DNA from: Kondoa subrosea
Taxonomy: Eukaryota
Length of the DNA: 64,000 bases
Assembly: GCA_039545335.1 (NCBI GenBank)
Contig: BCIN01000003.1
Location: 1,375,941 to 1,439,940 of the forward strand
Direction of reading: 5' to 3'
Positions 47,553 through 62,100 of the stretch are shown here, one piece after another. The notes under the pieces were generated by a model, which was not told the origin of the DNA, did not search any database, and was given only the letters and a program-made list of their open reading frames with translations. Position numbers and translations under genes: made by a program. Position 1 is the stretch's first letter, and every line of letters starts with the position of its first letter.

Positions 47553-49201
47553 CTATGCCTGTTTTGCAGCCATCGCCTTCCTGCTTTGAAGTCAGCAACA
47601 ATCTCATCGAGTCGAACAATTGTGCGAACCTCTTCGATGTAAGAGCCTTGAAACCGCTTGTGATTGAAGAAACCGAGCGACGAGATTGGCATCTATGAGG
47701 GAAATGCTAGACATCAGCCATTTCAGGCAATTAGTACAGCATCACTCACGATTGACAAGTAACGAAATAAATTCTGTTGTCCTTTTCTAGCAGAGTATCG
47801 GGAGATTTGCATGTCTTGCAAGTAACATATTCGACTGATCAGTAAACATCAGCATGAAGAAGTCATTAAAATGTTGGAATGGAAAGCTCACCAATGTAAC
47901 GACGTAGAATGTTTTCAATCTGTTTTTGCTGGAAACGACCTTTGATGACTAAGCGACCACTTCCGTCTACAGAGCCGGTTGTACCCATTTCAGCGAAAAG
48001 GTATTGAATGACATGCTCAGGTTGTCTGTACGCAAGGAGATGAATCAATATTCGCAGTCATAATAGGCATCTTTTTGCGCACCTGTGCATCTTCTTGCAA
48101 ATGTCTGCGATATTGGCAAAGACAGATCGCTTATTACCATCTCTGTGCATACTGGGCGGTGGAATAGTGTAACGCTTCTTTCCAGAACCGCCTGAGAGAG
48201 AAGGATGCGATTGATAGAGAAGACTGTAGAATCGACCGAGAAGCTATACGGCATGGAAATCAGTCACATTTGCGAATGAATGACAAACAAAAGAACCAAA
48301 CCTCTCCGTATTGATAATCCCGATCTTCTGAGATCCATCCTTTCTTCTCATAAGCTGATTCGGCTTTAGTCTTATCACCTCCTTCAGCTCCAGCCCCTTC
48401 TGCAAATGGATCTTCTCCTTCGGGTACATCTTCATCATCAGCTCCTGTTGGTGCTGGTCCATCATCATTGTCAGAAACAACTTCACGATTCGCGGCATCA
48501 GCAGTCTCGGTAGCTGCCAATTCCTTTTCGAAACTGTAAAGCCAAAGCCTGTTCAAAGTCGATTCGACACAAAGAACTCGTCTGGCCTTACGCTTCAATA
48601 TCGAAAGTCTTAGTCTTGGACTTCTTCTTCTTCTTTATCGAGCTGAAATCATCTAGTTCATCGCCAGGAGCAGAAGCAGCTTGTCCTTCAGGAGCGGCTG
48701 CATCAGCCACGTTATTCTGCGTTGAGGCTTCTTGTGGTGCGACACTGACGAATGGGTGAAGCTTGTCAGATGGTAGCGATAGCATTATGAGTCACGCACT
48801 CTTCCAAGTCAATCGCGATTTTGTTCTTCTTCTTCTTCTTTTTCTAATAATCAGTCATGTCATATAAGCAGTTGTAATATACTTTCAGCGACAGAGACGC
48901 ACCAGATCAGAGAAATCCAGTTCAGCGCTTTCGGGCAAAGTCAAGTCAGCCTTTGGTTCTTCTGGCCTGACGAGATCCTCTTCTTTGGCTGCAGGTGCTT
49001 CAGATACAGGTGCAGGTTCACTAGGCTTGCTCGCAGACGCTGCTGCTGGTTCGCTTGGACTGTCTAAATCATCAAACCTATTTCCGCGCATGGCATTTCT
49101 CAACTTTTGAACATGTGCCCTATGAGAGCTGGGGCTTACGCTACTACTTTCTTAGTCTTCTTCTTCTTAGAGAAACCCTCAAACATGTCAATGTCGGCCA
49201 T
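47553..49201 (-). CDS. SUI3: Translation initiation factor eIF2 beta
   Basis: Three poly-Lys boxes, [49 protein letters not shown] and zinc ribbon [12 protein letters not shown]...CQSC.SRRSV. Confidence 0.96.
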
Positions 49202-49676
49202 CTTGAAGGGAGATATCGACGTTCGAGCGAAACATTCATCTTGACTCATCTCAATTATGACTCGCGTATATTATTACTGTGGCTGGATGTCCACACAATG
49301 TATGGGATGCCTGTACACTATACATACTCACACGCTCGCTTGCCTCCACTTTGTCCTACCGACTGCTTCTGTCCCCAGTCATGCATATCGATCCTGCCTG
49401 TGTATTGTATTCTCTCTCGATTGGATGATATCATGATGAAGATTGACACAAGCATGAGAGCAGTCAAGGGAACAGGGTCAATAGTTGACAGAATAGATAG
49501 TGTGACATTCTCAAATTCGTAGAGACGAAAGCAAAGCAAAGCCTAGCCTTACACAGTGAGCGAGCAGTAGAGTGAGTTTCTCTAAAGTTCGCAACTTCGC
49601 CCTTCCGCCAAACAGTCCGCCGGAGGCTCAGAAGATGGCGGCAATGAAGTCAATTCTCCCAACTCTCTTTTCTTGA

Positions 49677-52632
49677 TCAGAGCATAAAGTTTGTAGACCA
49701 AAGACGAGCAACCTGCAGAGCTTTGAGTTATGATCTTCGGATCGGAATCAGAGTGACCCGTACATCGCAAAAATCAGGATTGGCCGGATCTTCAAATTCG
49801 TTCGCTAGCTCGGTAAGAGCAGTTGCCCAAAGCCTGAGGTGATCAATTTGATTTGAAGGAATCGGTACACGATCTTGGTTCGGTTCGACGACAAAGGTAG
49901 ATTTAATCAAGTTTTTGTAGCATCGATCGTTGGGTGCAATTCGATAAGCTGCCAAGATTTTAAAGTATTCTACGCTCATGATTGGGGAAAAACAGAGCGC
50001 TTCTTGCAACACAGTATCGTTCTGACCAAGCGATGCACTGTATATAATGTCACTCGAGGGGAAGACCATGGCTCAAAGTTCTGACATACTGAACAAGACG
50101 CAACTGCTCAATGGCATTTGAATGTGGGAAGATATCCTGACAGAAGAATTCAGATTCCAGAAATGAATAAAGACGGCAATCCAAAAGTACCACGAGTGCT
50201 TTGACGACCAACATATCTTTTCTACCGATCGGATCACAAGCCAGCATAGTATGAACGCCATCTCGAGCGGTGATGTTGTCTGGAATCTTCTTGTAAAACG
50301 GCGCGTCCGAGAATCGCGGCGGATAAATGAGATTCGAGTTCGAGCGCGATTGTTGGAGGGACAGAGGTGAATTGAATTTGCCATTGCCTTCTTCTCTGAA
50401 GCGCTCTGCCACTTTTTGCACATCGACAGTGAAGTGTTGCACGACGAAGCGTTCCAACAAAGTCCTGATCCGAGGCACAAGTCCAACGATTCGTTTCAAT
50501 TCTCGTCCCTTGCACACAGGCATCAAACAACTTTGCACACAAGAGGAATGAGCTCGTACATATTTCGGGCGGAACACGTAGTAACAAGCCAATTTGAGAG
50601 CAACAGCTTCTCTGGTAGCTGTAGTCGATGCAAATTCTAGTACGGCACTTTTAGCCAGAAGTGTATTCTTGAGAGCTACGAGCAGCATGTCCTCCGTTAC
50701 GATGACCTACAGCTGAGTCAGACATGTCATATGGAAGGCGATTTAAGGCAAGCCTACCTTGTGTTTTGCTAAATGTCGCATAGCCATTTCATGGGTCGTG
50801 GTCTCACACCGAGCAAGCGTTGCAGCTTCTGCAGTAGTTAATGCGCCAATGCCTCGTTTGTCTAAGAATAACTCGGCGTTGATCGAGGGTGACTGCGTCA
50901 AGAAGCAGTATAGCTGGAAGAGTATCTCCTGTGGTGCTGAGTGTCCTTCCTCATCAGGCTGAAACCCAAAATACTCGATAGCTTCAAGAAGATACGCAGC
51001 GCCGCGAAGAATTTCTGTAGGTATAGGTTGAGCTGATAAAATCCTTGTTGAAATCCTAAACATTACTGAGGCTTACTATATCGAGACCCGCAGATACAAA
51101 TGCCCTTCTGCACACTTCTTGCATAGCTAACCTGTTACAGATCATTCAGCAGGCGTTCTTATCTTGCACTTGCTAGACTGACCGCATATCGCAAGTGACC
51201 AACTGCAGGTCCACCAATTTTTTCACAAAACTTACTCTTTCCGCGCTCAACACTCGATACTGGAAGTAGGCAACGAAGAGGGACAATTTGGGTGACAATT
51301 GCGGCGATACTGCGCGCAACCTTTGCAATCCGGCAATTTTCTGGTCTTCACTCAAGGTCTCACTAACAAGAATTGGTCCAACACAATGGTGAGCCAAATC
51401 TTCATTCATGTATATCTTGTTCTCGACCAGTAAAGAGAGAAAATCTGGCCGAATATGGAGAGCTTTCAGCCAGCTGTCAGGATAATCATCGTCTATTGGG
51501 CAGAAAGGACGGAAACGATATCTGTACATTCGTGTGAATGGTGGCGACGTGTGCGTGCTCAAATTCGGCTTACTTGTCAAATAATGCTTTGATTTACAGC
51601 CATTCGAGTTCCTTGCTGGTCTCCGTTGCTCGAATAGTAGTCCCTTGTATAAGCTTTCCATCGTATAGAGTGTAGCCTACAGAGCCTGCTGTAGTGATGA
51701 CGTTTGTGGAGGCGCCGTCACTATCGAGCCTTGGCATTGAGCATTGGTCAGTCAAATGAATACTTGGGTTACGAAAGCGCATTACCAGGCCTCGAAGATC
51801 TGAAAAGAAGAAAGTGATCAGCTCATTCAAACACAACTTCTCAAAACCAACATCAGCATCATAGCGATCCGAGCCTGTCAGAAACAGATCGCTCCCAAGG
51901 ACTTGTTGAGCTTTTTGAAGTATGGCAAGCCATATATCCAGGGTAACAGACTGCAGGCTGGCCCAAAGATCATCGAGCCAGTATGGTTTCCGGCCTCCGA
52001 TGTATACCCGTGTGATGATTTGAACAAAATATCTACTCAGGATGCCACGCTTGGAGTCGACTAATGAGTTCAACGTAGATTGATCAAGAATGTTTAGACG
52101 CTTTCTCGGATACTTAGATATGCTAATACCGAAAGTATGGGGCCAATGACCTACAATAGCAAAGTAAAGAACATGATCGGGATGATAGTGCGTAAAAAGC
52201 CATTGAGATCGTGCATATGATGTCTATGTCGACGGTATGACTCATCAGCGATGCTAATTTGACTTGCGCTCATCAGCGCCTAACCTTTGAGATTAATCGA
52301 AATCGTCTGCATGTCTGGGAAAAATGAAATGTTGCCTGATTTTGCGGTACAAGCATAGAGAAGATATTGATAAGCAGCTCGTCGTCAAGATTGTCAAAGG
52401 GATCGTATGCCAAAGTCACGTTCGCGCTCGTCTGTTCGCATTTGATTGGCGGATCATGGCAAGGTGATATGGTCACGCCATACGAGTCATTGCGCATATC
52501 ATCTGGCGACTGGCTGATTTCTTGGTCGGAAGTAACATGAGCTGGGATTTTGCCTGACAAGCTCAGTAGATCTGTGGGTCGTATGAACATCTCAGCTTGA
52601 GAGTAGGCAGTCATCAAGAAGCCTACAGTCAT
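49677..52632 (-). CDS. F-box protein, uncharacterised, multi-exon; both ends approximate
   Basis: FDNLDDELLINIFSML...FSQTCRRFRLISK (F-box), followed by successive minus-strand ORFs separated by GT-AG introns. Confidence 0.65.
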
Positions 52633-52993
52633 CTAGGGACAGAGTCCTATCGTCCTCTTCCAAATCCGAAAGATCTGATCCGTCAGAATCGAGCTGAAGT
52701 TCAAGAGCAGTCCTGAGGTCGGGAGAAGCGGCAGAGGGTGTCATCAAGCAATCGAATTAGTATAGAGAACCAAGCAAAGCATCCAAGAGCAAATGTACAG
52801 GTCGAGACAAAGTTGGACAAATGGATGAGAAAACAACAAGGACCTCATCTTCGCACGATGCAGTCTGTCTGGCGCGAATGTGGCATCAAGGTGACTGAAA
52901 ACAAAAGAACAACTTCGCATTGCAAAGAAATCAGCGCGCGCAACACACTTCCCATTTGACCGCCCCATAATACATTGATCCGACCTTTCCATC

Positions 52994-54708
52994 TTAAGCA
53001 GCAGTAGCAGAAGAAGCAGGTTCAGCAGCCATCTCTTCATCAGCTTTAGTAGCAGCTGGTTCTTCAGTTTCAGCGGGCGCATCAGCTTGCTCAGTTTCGA
53101 CTTTCTTCTCCTCTTCATCTTTACCGTTGGCAACTGGCTCTTCCTTCTCTTCCTTCTCGGCAGCAGCATCGCCATTGGTCTCAGCTGGAGCAAGAGTGCT
53201 GTCGGCTTTCTTCTCATCGACATCCATTTCGCCTTCGGCTGGACGGATGATCAGAATAGATTAGCACAGAACAGAGCTAGACATACGCATGAGCGAGTCT
53301 TTCCACTTCTCAACTAGAGCTGTGAGTCGTACAATCCAGGCAAATGAGCTATGTCATTGTGCCAGCTTATATCACTCACCTGCTGCTCGAGATTTGAAGT
53401 TGAATTCTCCTTCACGAGGAATGTCTTCCTTGATAGTAGCAATACGCTTGACGACTTTAGGTAGCTTGGAAGGCTGTCCGACAGAATGCAGATGCCATCA
53501 GCCCACAGACTGACTGAGCTCCACTACATCACGCACCACAAGCCACTTTGCCTGATGTTCGAAAGCTTCCATTTCCTTGAAGATGCCGTCGTAAGTAGGA
53601 GCCTCCTGCAAGCGGAACGTAAACCAAAGAATTCCTAACATTCGAAACTTGTACATACTGATTCCGAAGGAAGACCTTTGGTCAGGAAAGCCTTTTGTAA
53701 CTTGTGTCTCCAGTCTCGGCATTTGACAGCGCCTTCGGACATGTCTATTTCGTTTTGCTATCAGCAATAGTCGAGAAGGCAATGAACAATCTGTAAACTG
53801 ACCTTCAGCGGCACCACCAACGGATTTCTTTGCAGGCTTAGCTTTTGCCTTGGTGTCCTGCAACACTCGCATGAGCTAAAATCAAAAGCCGATCAGGGAG
53901 CAAAACCGACCTTCTTCTCAGTCTTTGCCTTTTTCTTATCACCAGCTTCTTTAGCTGGTTTATCAGCAGCTTTTCTCTTCCTTTTACCATTCTCAGCAGG
54001 TTTCGATTCAACTTCATCTTCCGAATCATCCAATTCATCATCATTGTCTTCATTGGCTTTAGCTTTAGCAGCAGTGGCTTCTTGGTTAGCTTCCCATTCT
54101 TCAGGATCTTGAGCGGTTTTGTAAGCTTTGAACAAAGCGCCAGCCTTCTTGCCTTGTAAGTAGCTTTCAATCATTTTTGGTGTAAGGGATGTTAGTTCTG
54201 CAGGTGAGTTCCAAGAACTGCGAGAGAAAAGTTTCGTAAGAGTCGGTAATACAACGATATCTCACGCTGAAGAGACTGACTAGTTGGCATCAGTGTAGTA
54301 CTTGACTAGCATAGTAGTCTTCTTGGCAGGTTTGGTCTTGAGTACTTCTTTAGTCAAATATTCCTTTTCGGGATCAACAATCTACAGGCCAAACAAGGTT
54401 GCAACATATTAGCCTGTGTCCCTGAGTTATAGACAGACAGAATATATGATAAAGGTGAAGGGAAAACAGAGGTTTCAAGGTAGAATGGATTTTATTCCAA
54501 AAGAGGTAATCCAAGAGAAATCTTGTCTCACCTTAGCAGGCCAGGGAGGGTAGCCTGCGGGGCAACATGAAAGTAAGTACAGATGCACCAGCTTCCCAGA
54601 GTCGCACTCACCCTTGATCCGGCCTAAGACGATATCACCAATGTTGAATGACTTGGGTTCGCCTGAATCGGCAGCAGCTTTGGTTTTAGTTTCACCTTTC
54701 TTTGGCAT
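52994..54708 (-). CDS. PWWP-domain chromatin protein with C-terminal helical (IBD/TFIIS-N-like) domain and acidic tail
   Basis: FNIGDIVLGRIK|GYPPWPAK, LVKYY and LFKAY; later DWRHKLQKAFL and SKLPKVVKRIA..IPRE.EF.FK.RA. Confidence 0.88.
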
Positions 54709-55178
54709 CTTGTAGTAGTAGCAAAGAGTAAAGAGTTCTATACAAGACAAAGCCAGGGAATAAGAACCAGGCTCTGAAATAGGTAAATGTGGAAAATGTA
54801 CGCGCTTGCTATGCGACTTGACAAAAAGCTCTAGACTGGCGAGCGGGTAATAGCACAGACAGAGAACAGAAGAGAAGCACGAATAGACGAGACCCTTCAC
54901 GAGATGAGAATCAAAAAATGGTCGTGTCTCAAAACAAGAAGTGTTATGCGAGCAGCAGTCAAGCGATCGATTCGGCTAGCGAGTTCCGAAAGTGTCACCT
55001 CAAGCTGCGGGATGCTGTCAGTTGGCTAAAGTACTAGAAGACGTTCTCTGAACGAACACAGGTAAGCGAGAAGAAGAACCTTTCAGTGACCTTATTTTTG
55101 GGCAATGCAAAAACATAAAATTGACGCCTCAGACTCTTAAACCCAATGCACAACTCTTCTCCGATATGTAGTAGCATC

Positions 55179-56047
55179 TTATGCTCGGATAGCAGACTGT
55201 GTAGAGGCATCAGCTCATTGAAAATACTTGAAGAGGCTAATGCGTACTTGAAGCGCTTCAAAGACCTGCAAATATTACCGATTAGCAGTGTCAAACGTGC
55301 CTACTAGTGTACTCACCTCGATTTCAGCTTTAGCTTCTTCCTTTTCTTGTTCCGAACCAGATCCGCCAGCTACTCTTTGCGCCTCAGCCAATCCAGAGCG
55401 AATGGCCTGTACCAGCACACCGTTCTGCCATCAGTACATGGACTGAGTAGGCCAGTAATGTGACGTACATCCGGTGAGAACGCATCTAATGGATATGCTT
55501 CGACCGCGTTGATGGTGAGAAGGTTTGAAGGGTGAATGTTAGCGAAACCGCCCGAAACTGTCAAGCGGAATCATATGAGCCTCTTGTTCTGGTCTTGACT
55601 AGAAGAATATGAAGAGTGGTATGTGAGTTGCCAAGCGTGAACCATTTGCCAGCAAGAACACATCTCACGAAATCAACAGCCCAATATTAGAAGGTAGCTC
55701 ACCAAACCACTTTTTGCTATCATTTGAACCACTCTCGACTACTTCTACTACACCAGGTTTGAGTGCTTCGACTGTAGGAACATGATTGGCCAAGATGCCC
55801 ATATCGCCTGAAGCAGCCGATAAATTGACTTGGAGGACTTCAGAGCTTGAGAAAATGGTCTGTCCGTCCACAGATCGACTTAGCACATATACTGTGCATG
55901 AATCAAGCCAGCTCGACGGACCTGGTGAGGTAAAGTTAGGGAGAGCTTCAATTTGTTGCTGACTCCCGCTTCTTCGGCGTAACCTCTAGCCAAACGAGGC
56001 AGAGCAGCACATCTGCGCAGACTGGTGCGAGCTAAGGGTGTGATCAT
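55179..56047 (-). CDS. ATP16: Mitochondrial F1-ATP synthase delta subunit
   Basis: Presequence ending RGYAE, LKLSLTLPHQ, QVNL...GDMGILANHVP..E.LKPGVVEV, F|VSGGFA, INAVEAYPL and AEIE|VFEALQ. Confidence 0.96.
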
Positions 56048-56255
56048 TCTGTCAAGGGTTGGACGTCCAGGAAATCTGTCCCTTCTGAAGTGGAATCTCA
56101 AAAACAAATCTTACAAACCAGAGTTGATATATAAATCCGAATTCTCTCTTCTTTCTGCTCCCTTGAGCCTTCTGTCTCGAAGGTATCCACAAAGACCCTA
56201 GAGCACGCGCGGAAGATACCAGAGTCACGGTATACAAGGGTCTAACAGGGGCAAG

Positions 56256-57179
56256 ATGAGCAATCGTCAAGTGGTAAGGCTCTCTCATTCCTCCCTCTTG
56301 TCATTGTTCCTCGCTTTGCTCCATATCTCTCTTTCTACCCTGTATTACGCGAACACTGTAATGAAATTGTCTTGTGTGTGCCATAGGCTGGCGTGTATCG
56401 TCAAGTAATTGATACTGTCATTCAAAACTCGAGAGCGGATTTCGAAGAGATGGGATTCCAAGATACTGTTCTCAATCAATTACAAAAGGTGCTTTTGCCT
56501 TTTTACAATCTTGTAGTTACTTTTTGCCTATCCTGTTCTTCTTTTTTTCGTCTGGCCTTTAATAGTCATGGGAAAGCAAACTCGCTTCAGCTAGAGTAGC
56601 AGATTTCGATTCAGATTCAAGAATGGGTCCTTTAGCTAGAGAAGCAGCACAACAAGCAGCTCAAGCTCGACAGAAATTCTTGGCTCAACAATCTCAAGAC
56701 ATTAAAAAAGGTTTAGCTCAATTACCTTCTCCCCAAAACGACACCAACAATAATAACAACAACAAAGCTTCTACTTCTTCTTCTTCTAAAAATGGGTCAG
56801 GGACTGCTACACCTACTACCAACAAGAGTGATGATGCGGATGATAATCTGATTGGAAGTGATTTGGACGATTCGGATGATGATGAGGACGAGAACAAAGC
56901 TGAATTGGACGATTCTGCTGTGGGAGGTGATTTGGTGATTGCATTGTATGAGAAGGTGCGCGATATCTTGAGGCCTCAATTGGTGAGTTCTCTAAGCCAT
57001 TCGTTGCACAGGTCACTCGAGTGAAGAACAAGTGGAAAGTTCAACTCAAAGATGGTATCGTGCACGCGAATGGAAAAGATTACCTCTTTTCCAAATGCAA
57101 CGGGTCAGTTATGCGAGATTCTGCGGATTTGCCATCACGCTGAGCTTCTACTGTGATTGACAGCGAGTTTGAATGGTGA
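56256..57179 (+). CDS. TOA1: Transcription factor TFIIA large (alpha/beta) subunit
   Basis: MSNRQV|AGVYRQVIDTVI...DFEEMG...SWESKL, acidic IGSDLDDSDD and LYEK|VTRVKNKWK..LKDG....NGKDYLF.KC.GEFEW*. Confidence 0.95.
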
Positions 57180-57357
57180 TGCTTGTACAACGCTGGTCGA
57201 GAGGTTTTTCTGTATATATGCTTATGCTTCATAATCAAGTCTTCTCTCAGTGAGAAGCGTATGCATTGTCATTGTCATGCTTTGCTATCTTTCGACATGC
57301 AGCTCTACAAGCAATAAATTACAACCCAATCTATTTTACAATACCTCATAACGATTC

Positions 57358-58906
57358 TTAGTGCTCCACTGTTTCTCCTTGCTCTAGTCTAATAGTCACT
57401 TCTGTTCCTTCACCATACTTTGAATCGATAGTCAGCGAACCGTTCCCGAAGTATTGAGCGTATAATCGCGATACTGTCAGGTACCAGTCGTAAAGCAACA
57501 GCAGATAGCTGTATCTCTCAACAGGACTGACATTTCAAACCAAAGCCTTGTCCAGCTAAAGGCGAATCTTGCTCGCTAAGACCAGCATTCTGCTGCATCG
57601 AGTACTTTCCATAGTTATGAGCCTTGAATCTTGCAAGCAAAAACCAAACTCACTGGTCCTCCTTCTCTATAATCATTTTGCTGCGGATTCTTCGCAGTCG
57701 TGAATCCATACAACCAGATTTTATCCAATTGCGATTCTGGAATTCCACCACCTTGATCTTTGATCTTAACTATTAAAGTAGTACCATCTATTGCTATGGA
57801 CGCTTGAACTGGAGGTAGATCGAGAGAATCGACATGATGTTCGCAAGTTGCTCGGAAGGCGTTCTTGAGAATCTCGGTAAAGATCTGTTTCATGGACTCT
57901 TCAGCTTGGATTAAAACTAAAGGCAGAACGAAGGCTGACATATTGCAAATGCATTTCAACACTATTTATGATTAGCTCGAAAAGATGTTCCAAATGAAAG
58001 GCTTACTAAGGGAATGTCGCGTCTACATCTCCGGTAATCTCGATTTCTGGCGCTCGATCGTATCTCTCTTCGCAGAGCTGTCAGACATCATCAAACTCCA
58101 TTCGACATCCGAAATGAACTGATGAAACTGACTACGCCAACGAAAGCCGCACTGCCATCAAGAACCAGCTCGATAGGTAAAGCTCGGTCCAGTATCCCTA
58201 TTCGTCGACTCTTCTCTTCCTTAGCTTTGCCCGTACTAGCTTTGGTAAGGGCAACATGTTGTTCTGCTATCAATCGTATACCAATTCGATTCCGAAGCGC
58301 TTTATCAAGAAAAGCTGTAAGCTCTTCATTGCTTAGGATTTTATTGGCTTGAACTTCTTTGAAACCACGAGATAAAGTAGAGACGTTCTTCCCATGTGCA
58401 TCTAGATAAGATCGCTGATTTCGTTCATTAGCGGGTATATCGACTCATACGGGTTATCGTATGAAACTCACTAAATGTTCACTGAACCGATCATTATCTT
58501 TTATAGACTTGATCTCTGGCCATTTGTACAATCTCTCAAAAGATTGCAGGTAAAGATGATGAATTGACTTTATGCTTCTGTTGTCTTGAGCTTCTTGAGG
58601 CAGGCTTTCATGAGCTCTAACTCGTCTAGCTACACGATGAGGTAGTTGTGATCGCGTTACTGTCATGAGCGCGCACTGCTCAACTCTTTGAAAGGAGCAA
58701 GAGATGCACACCAACTGACATTCAGCTGATCGCAGGAGAGCTTTCTCTGGCAAAGGCGGATCACCAAAAGACATAAGCTGTTCTAAAGAGATAGGCGCTG
58801 GAGGGATCTCAGCCAGCTGCGAGAGCTTGGTTCTGAGATCTGTTGTATTTGAAGCATATCTTCGAAGCACAGATGTCGACAGCGACAGCGGACGTGAATG
58901 TCCCAT
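57358..58906 (-). CDS. Mitochondrial pyruvate/branched-chain 2-oxoacid dehydrogenase kinase family protein
   Basis: ISLEQL..FG, QLPHRVARR, FLD..LR.RIGIRLIAEQHVAL, N-box EILKNAFRAT, G1 IKDQGGGI, G2 AGQGFGL.LSRLYAQYFG and GEGT.V. Confidence 0.92.
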
Positions 58907-59155
58907 AGTCAGCTCGAGAGATGCTCCTTTCTGGGAGTAGAGAGAGGACGGTGAAAGGCGAGCTATATCATGACTGTGATCGAAAGAGAAAGGGAAACGA
59001 GTCATTAACATGACTCGTTGGAGCAAGAGCTAGAAACCATGCATTAACACTGCTACAATGAGTGGGAAAGATGCTACAAATATGCATAGAGAGAGTTACA
59101 GAATCCCAGAGGGGAAGAGGTTTTGGGCATGAGTGTAGTGTGAATGTCTTGAAGT

Positions 59156-62100
59156 TTACGCATTGTCGAAAGCCCACGTAACTTCACGAAACAGTGCTGC
59201 GTAATCGTAGCCTGACTCGGCTGTATGCTTGCGTTTTGTACCAGAATTTAGAGAATCTGTAGTTGTAGGCAATTCTTTTGGTTTGCTGGTTGCAGGAGGA
59301 GTACCAAGAATATCGGCCGACTCAGGAGAAGAGTGTACTGTACTTGATAATTCTGGTGTGGCGGCATTGTCAACTTTCGTTGACATACCAAAGAGAGACC
59401 AATCGATGTCCAATATAGACGAAGCATTTGCTACTGAAGAGGGTTTGGCTTCACGCCTCGCCGGCGCAACCATAATGTCAGTCGGTAAGTTGAAGCCAGG
59501 CGCAGGTGTGAGGAAGTTTATGCTGGAAGCGTCTCGTACAATTGGCGGCAAGACAGGTTGAGATTTCGCATCGGTGCCCAGAAGCTGGTCATAGTCAGCA
59601 AAGGACACTTGCTTTCGCTTGGTGCGATAACTCACATCTGCTCTGAGCAAATTAGCAGTTGTAAGAGGTACTCCAGATCCAACAGCATTGTTCAAACAAG
59701 CATGTAAAGCATTCAAGCTGTTTTCCACAAACGTTTCTGGATGATCTACTGCATCCTTCATCTCCTTTCTTCTTTTCGCAGCAGGATCATCGCTCGTGGA
59801 TGGTTTGACCGGATCGACGACCAAAACATCATCTGAAATTCCAGATTTGCTCAATTCAGCTGTTCTTTTGTTTGTGGGTTTTGTTTTGAGCGGTGCAGTT
59901 TTGCGTGCTTGTGGCTTCCCAGGTGAAGCAGGAAGTGGTTTGAAAGGAGATGCAGCATTAGCAGGTTCGAGTAGTTCAGCAGCGGGAGTTTTGGCTGGTG
60001 AATCTGCTGCTCCTGCACTAGGTGAATTGGAAGCGTTGGTAAGAGGAGACCCGTATGTCGAGGTTGTACGACGTTGCTTAGGTGGTGGTGGAGGTCTTAA
60101 ATCTTCTCTTTGCAATCCAGGTCGGATCCCATTTTTGAGCGCTTCTCTGGAGAAACCGTCTGTGCTTTCTTTTGGTGGAGGAGCAGAGACAATGGATTGC
60201 TGCTGCTGTTGTTGCTGCTGCTGTTGGACAGCAGGAAGGCGAGATCGAACATAAGTGTTGACTTGCTCCATTGTTTGGCGCATGCTTGTCAATTCTTGTA
60301 TTCCATAGGTAAATATATTCTGTTGAACCATATTAATAGCTTCTCGGATCCCAACGTACTGGTCAATGTCAACATTAGCGTTCCAATTCTAGCTGGGTAT
60401 ACGTGCAGAGCTCACAGCATTGACTGCATTGCGTATCGGACCTGAAGGATCGTTGCCAAGAGGCAATACTCGTGTGAGTATAGGCAGAACTTCTCTCGTT
60501 TCCCGAGCTGTTGTCGTTATCCTTGAGCAGAATTGTAGGATCTGAGTTTTCTCCTCGTTAGACAGATTCAATTGAGCTCGGTTTGCTGCATCAACGCTAT
60601 CAGCATAAATAAGCACATTAATTCGAGTCAGACACACGTCTAGTCGCAGCCAGCTGCTGTTCCAAAACATTGATCAAGTTCTCTTCTTCTGCCGTAGCAC
60701 CGTGAGGATTCTTCCTCTGCTGTTGCTGTTGCACTGGTTGTGGTTGACCTTGCGTGGTTTGAGATGGTTGAGAAGGCATAAGTTCAATAACTCTTCTGAT
60801 CCAAGCTTTCTCAAACCGAGAAACATAAAGGTTATAAGCCCTCATTACATTCTGAACGATTTTCAAAGTTTGTTCTTGATCCATTTGATCATTGATATAG
60901 TTCATCACTTTTAGAATATGAAGCCAATTTCCTTGACGTGCGTTCAGGGCATCAATTCCACCAGAAGAAACGACCAGTTTGAACAACATGGCTAGATTGA
61001 TTTCGATTTTATCGATACGTGGTAAGACGCCGGCTGCGAAATTTGGGATATTCTGAACTCCATTGTTTGTCAGGTAAGTATGCAAGTGAGTGTAGAATTC
61101 AGCTGGCTCGGGCAAAGATTGTTTCAAGTGGATTCTTTGTGCTTCGGTCAACGGCATGGGTAGAGCTTGCTGTTGCTGCTGCTGGGGCTGCGAAGGTGGT
61201 TGCTGAGGTGGTTGTTGTTGACGAGATTGCTGATTGGACATAGCAGGAGAAGATTGGATTGGCGGAGGAAGACGTTGTGCTTGCACTGGAGGAGTCGCAG
61301 TACGATCAACTTGTTGCTGCTGTTGCGGCTGCTGTTGCTGTGTTGGTGGAGTTTGCGACATCAGCATTGAAGGTGTCATGCGGCAATTTGCTATTTGAGC
61401 ATGAATATGCTCTTTGGGTCCAAACTGCTTGTAAAATTGTGTGAGTGCTTGAGTGAGTTGTTGCATTCGATCTCTGATTCCTTGCGATTCGGCGACAAGT
61501 TGCTGTCTTTCAGCTTCTGTCAGAGGATGGCGAGGTATCGGAGTACCTTGCACAGTATTGTTTGGAGGGAAAGAAAGTGCTTTGGACATATTCTCATTTA
61601 AAGCTTGAGCGATATTCTGGCTCTCCGCTTGAAGTCGTTGTGCACCCATAGTGTATCTTAGATATCCGCCGAGCTGCCAGAGCGGAGCAGGTGGATATTG
61701 GTATTGAGTAGGTTGCTGAATCTGGGTTTGCTGTTGCTGGGGAATTTGTTGAGGCAGTATTGGAGCAGATTGCTGGAGACCAGCTGTCATACCAGCTTGA
61801 GAGAACTGAGCAAAATTCTGTTGCTGTTGTTGTTGCGCTTGAATGAAAGCAGCCGGATTGAATTGCCCTTGTAATCCAGCAAGTGCTTGCCTGCGGTCCA
61901 AATTTATTTGAGGAGGTTGCTGCTGCTGGATATTATTGTTGTTCATAGGCTGCCTGGGAGGTTGCTGTGGACTATTGCTTTGCATGAGGGCATTCAGATC
62001 GGGAAAACTGTTTGCATTCATGCTAGCGTTTCGAGCCAAGTTGGCTGCTTGCAGCTGTTGTTGCTGATAAGCTTGACGTGCAGCATCAGGCATCTGTAAG

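Noticed and set aside
55559..55701. Unusually long (~140-150 nt) introns in ATP16, the PWWP gene (about 54382-54530) and TOP1 (about 32760-32901) as possible snoRNA hosts
   Set aside because: No clear C/D box pair or H/ACA double hairpin by eye; an Infernal/snoscan search would be needed.
59229..60445. Long antisense ORFs, such as the poly-Cys ORF 59796..60254, also 4982..5422 and 33154..33462
   Set aside because: Shadows of low-complexity coding sequence on the opposite strand, for example CAG repeats read as TGC.
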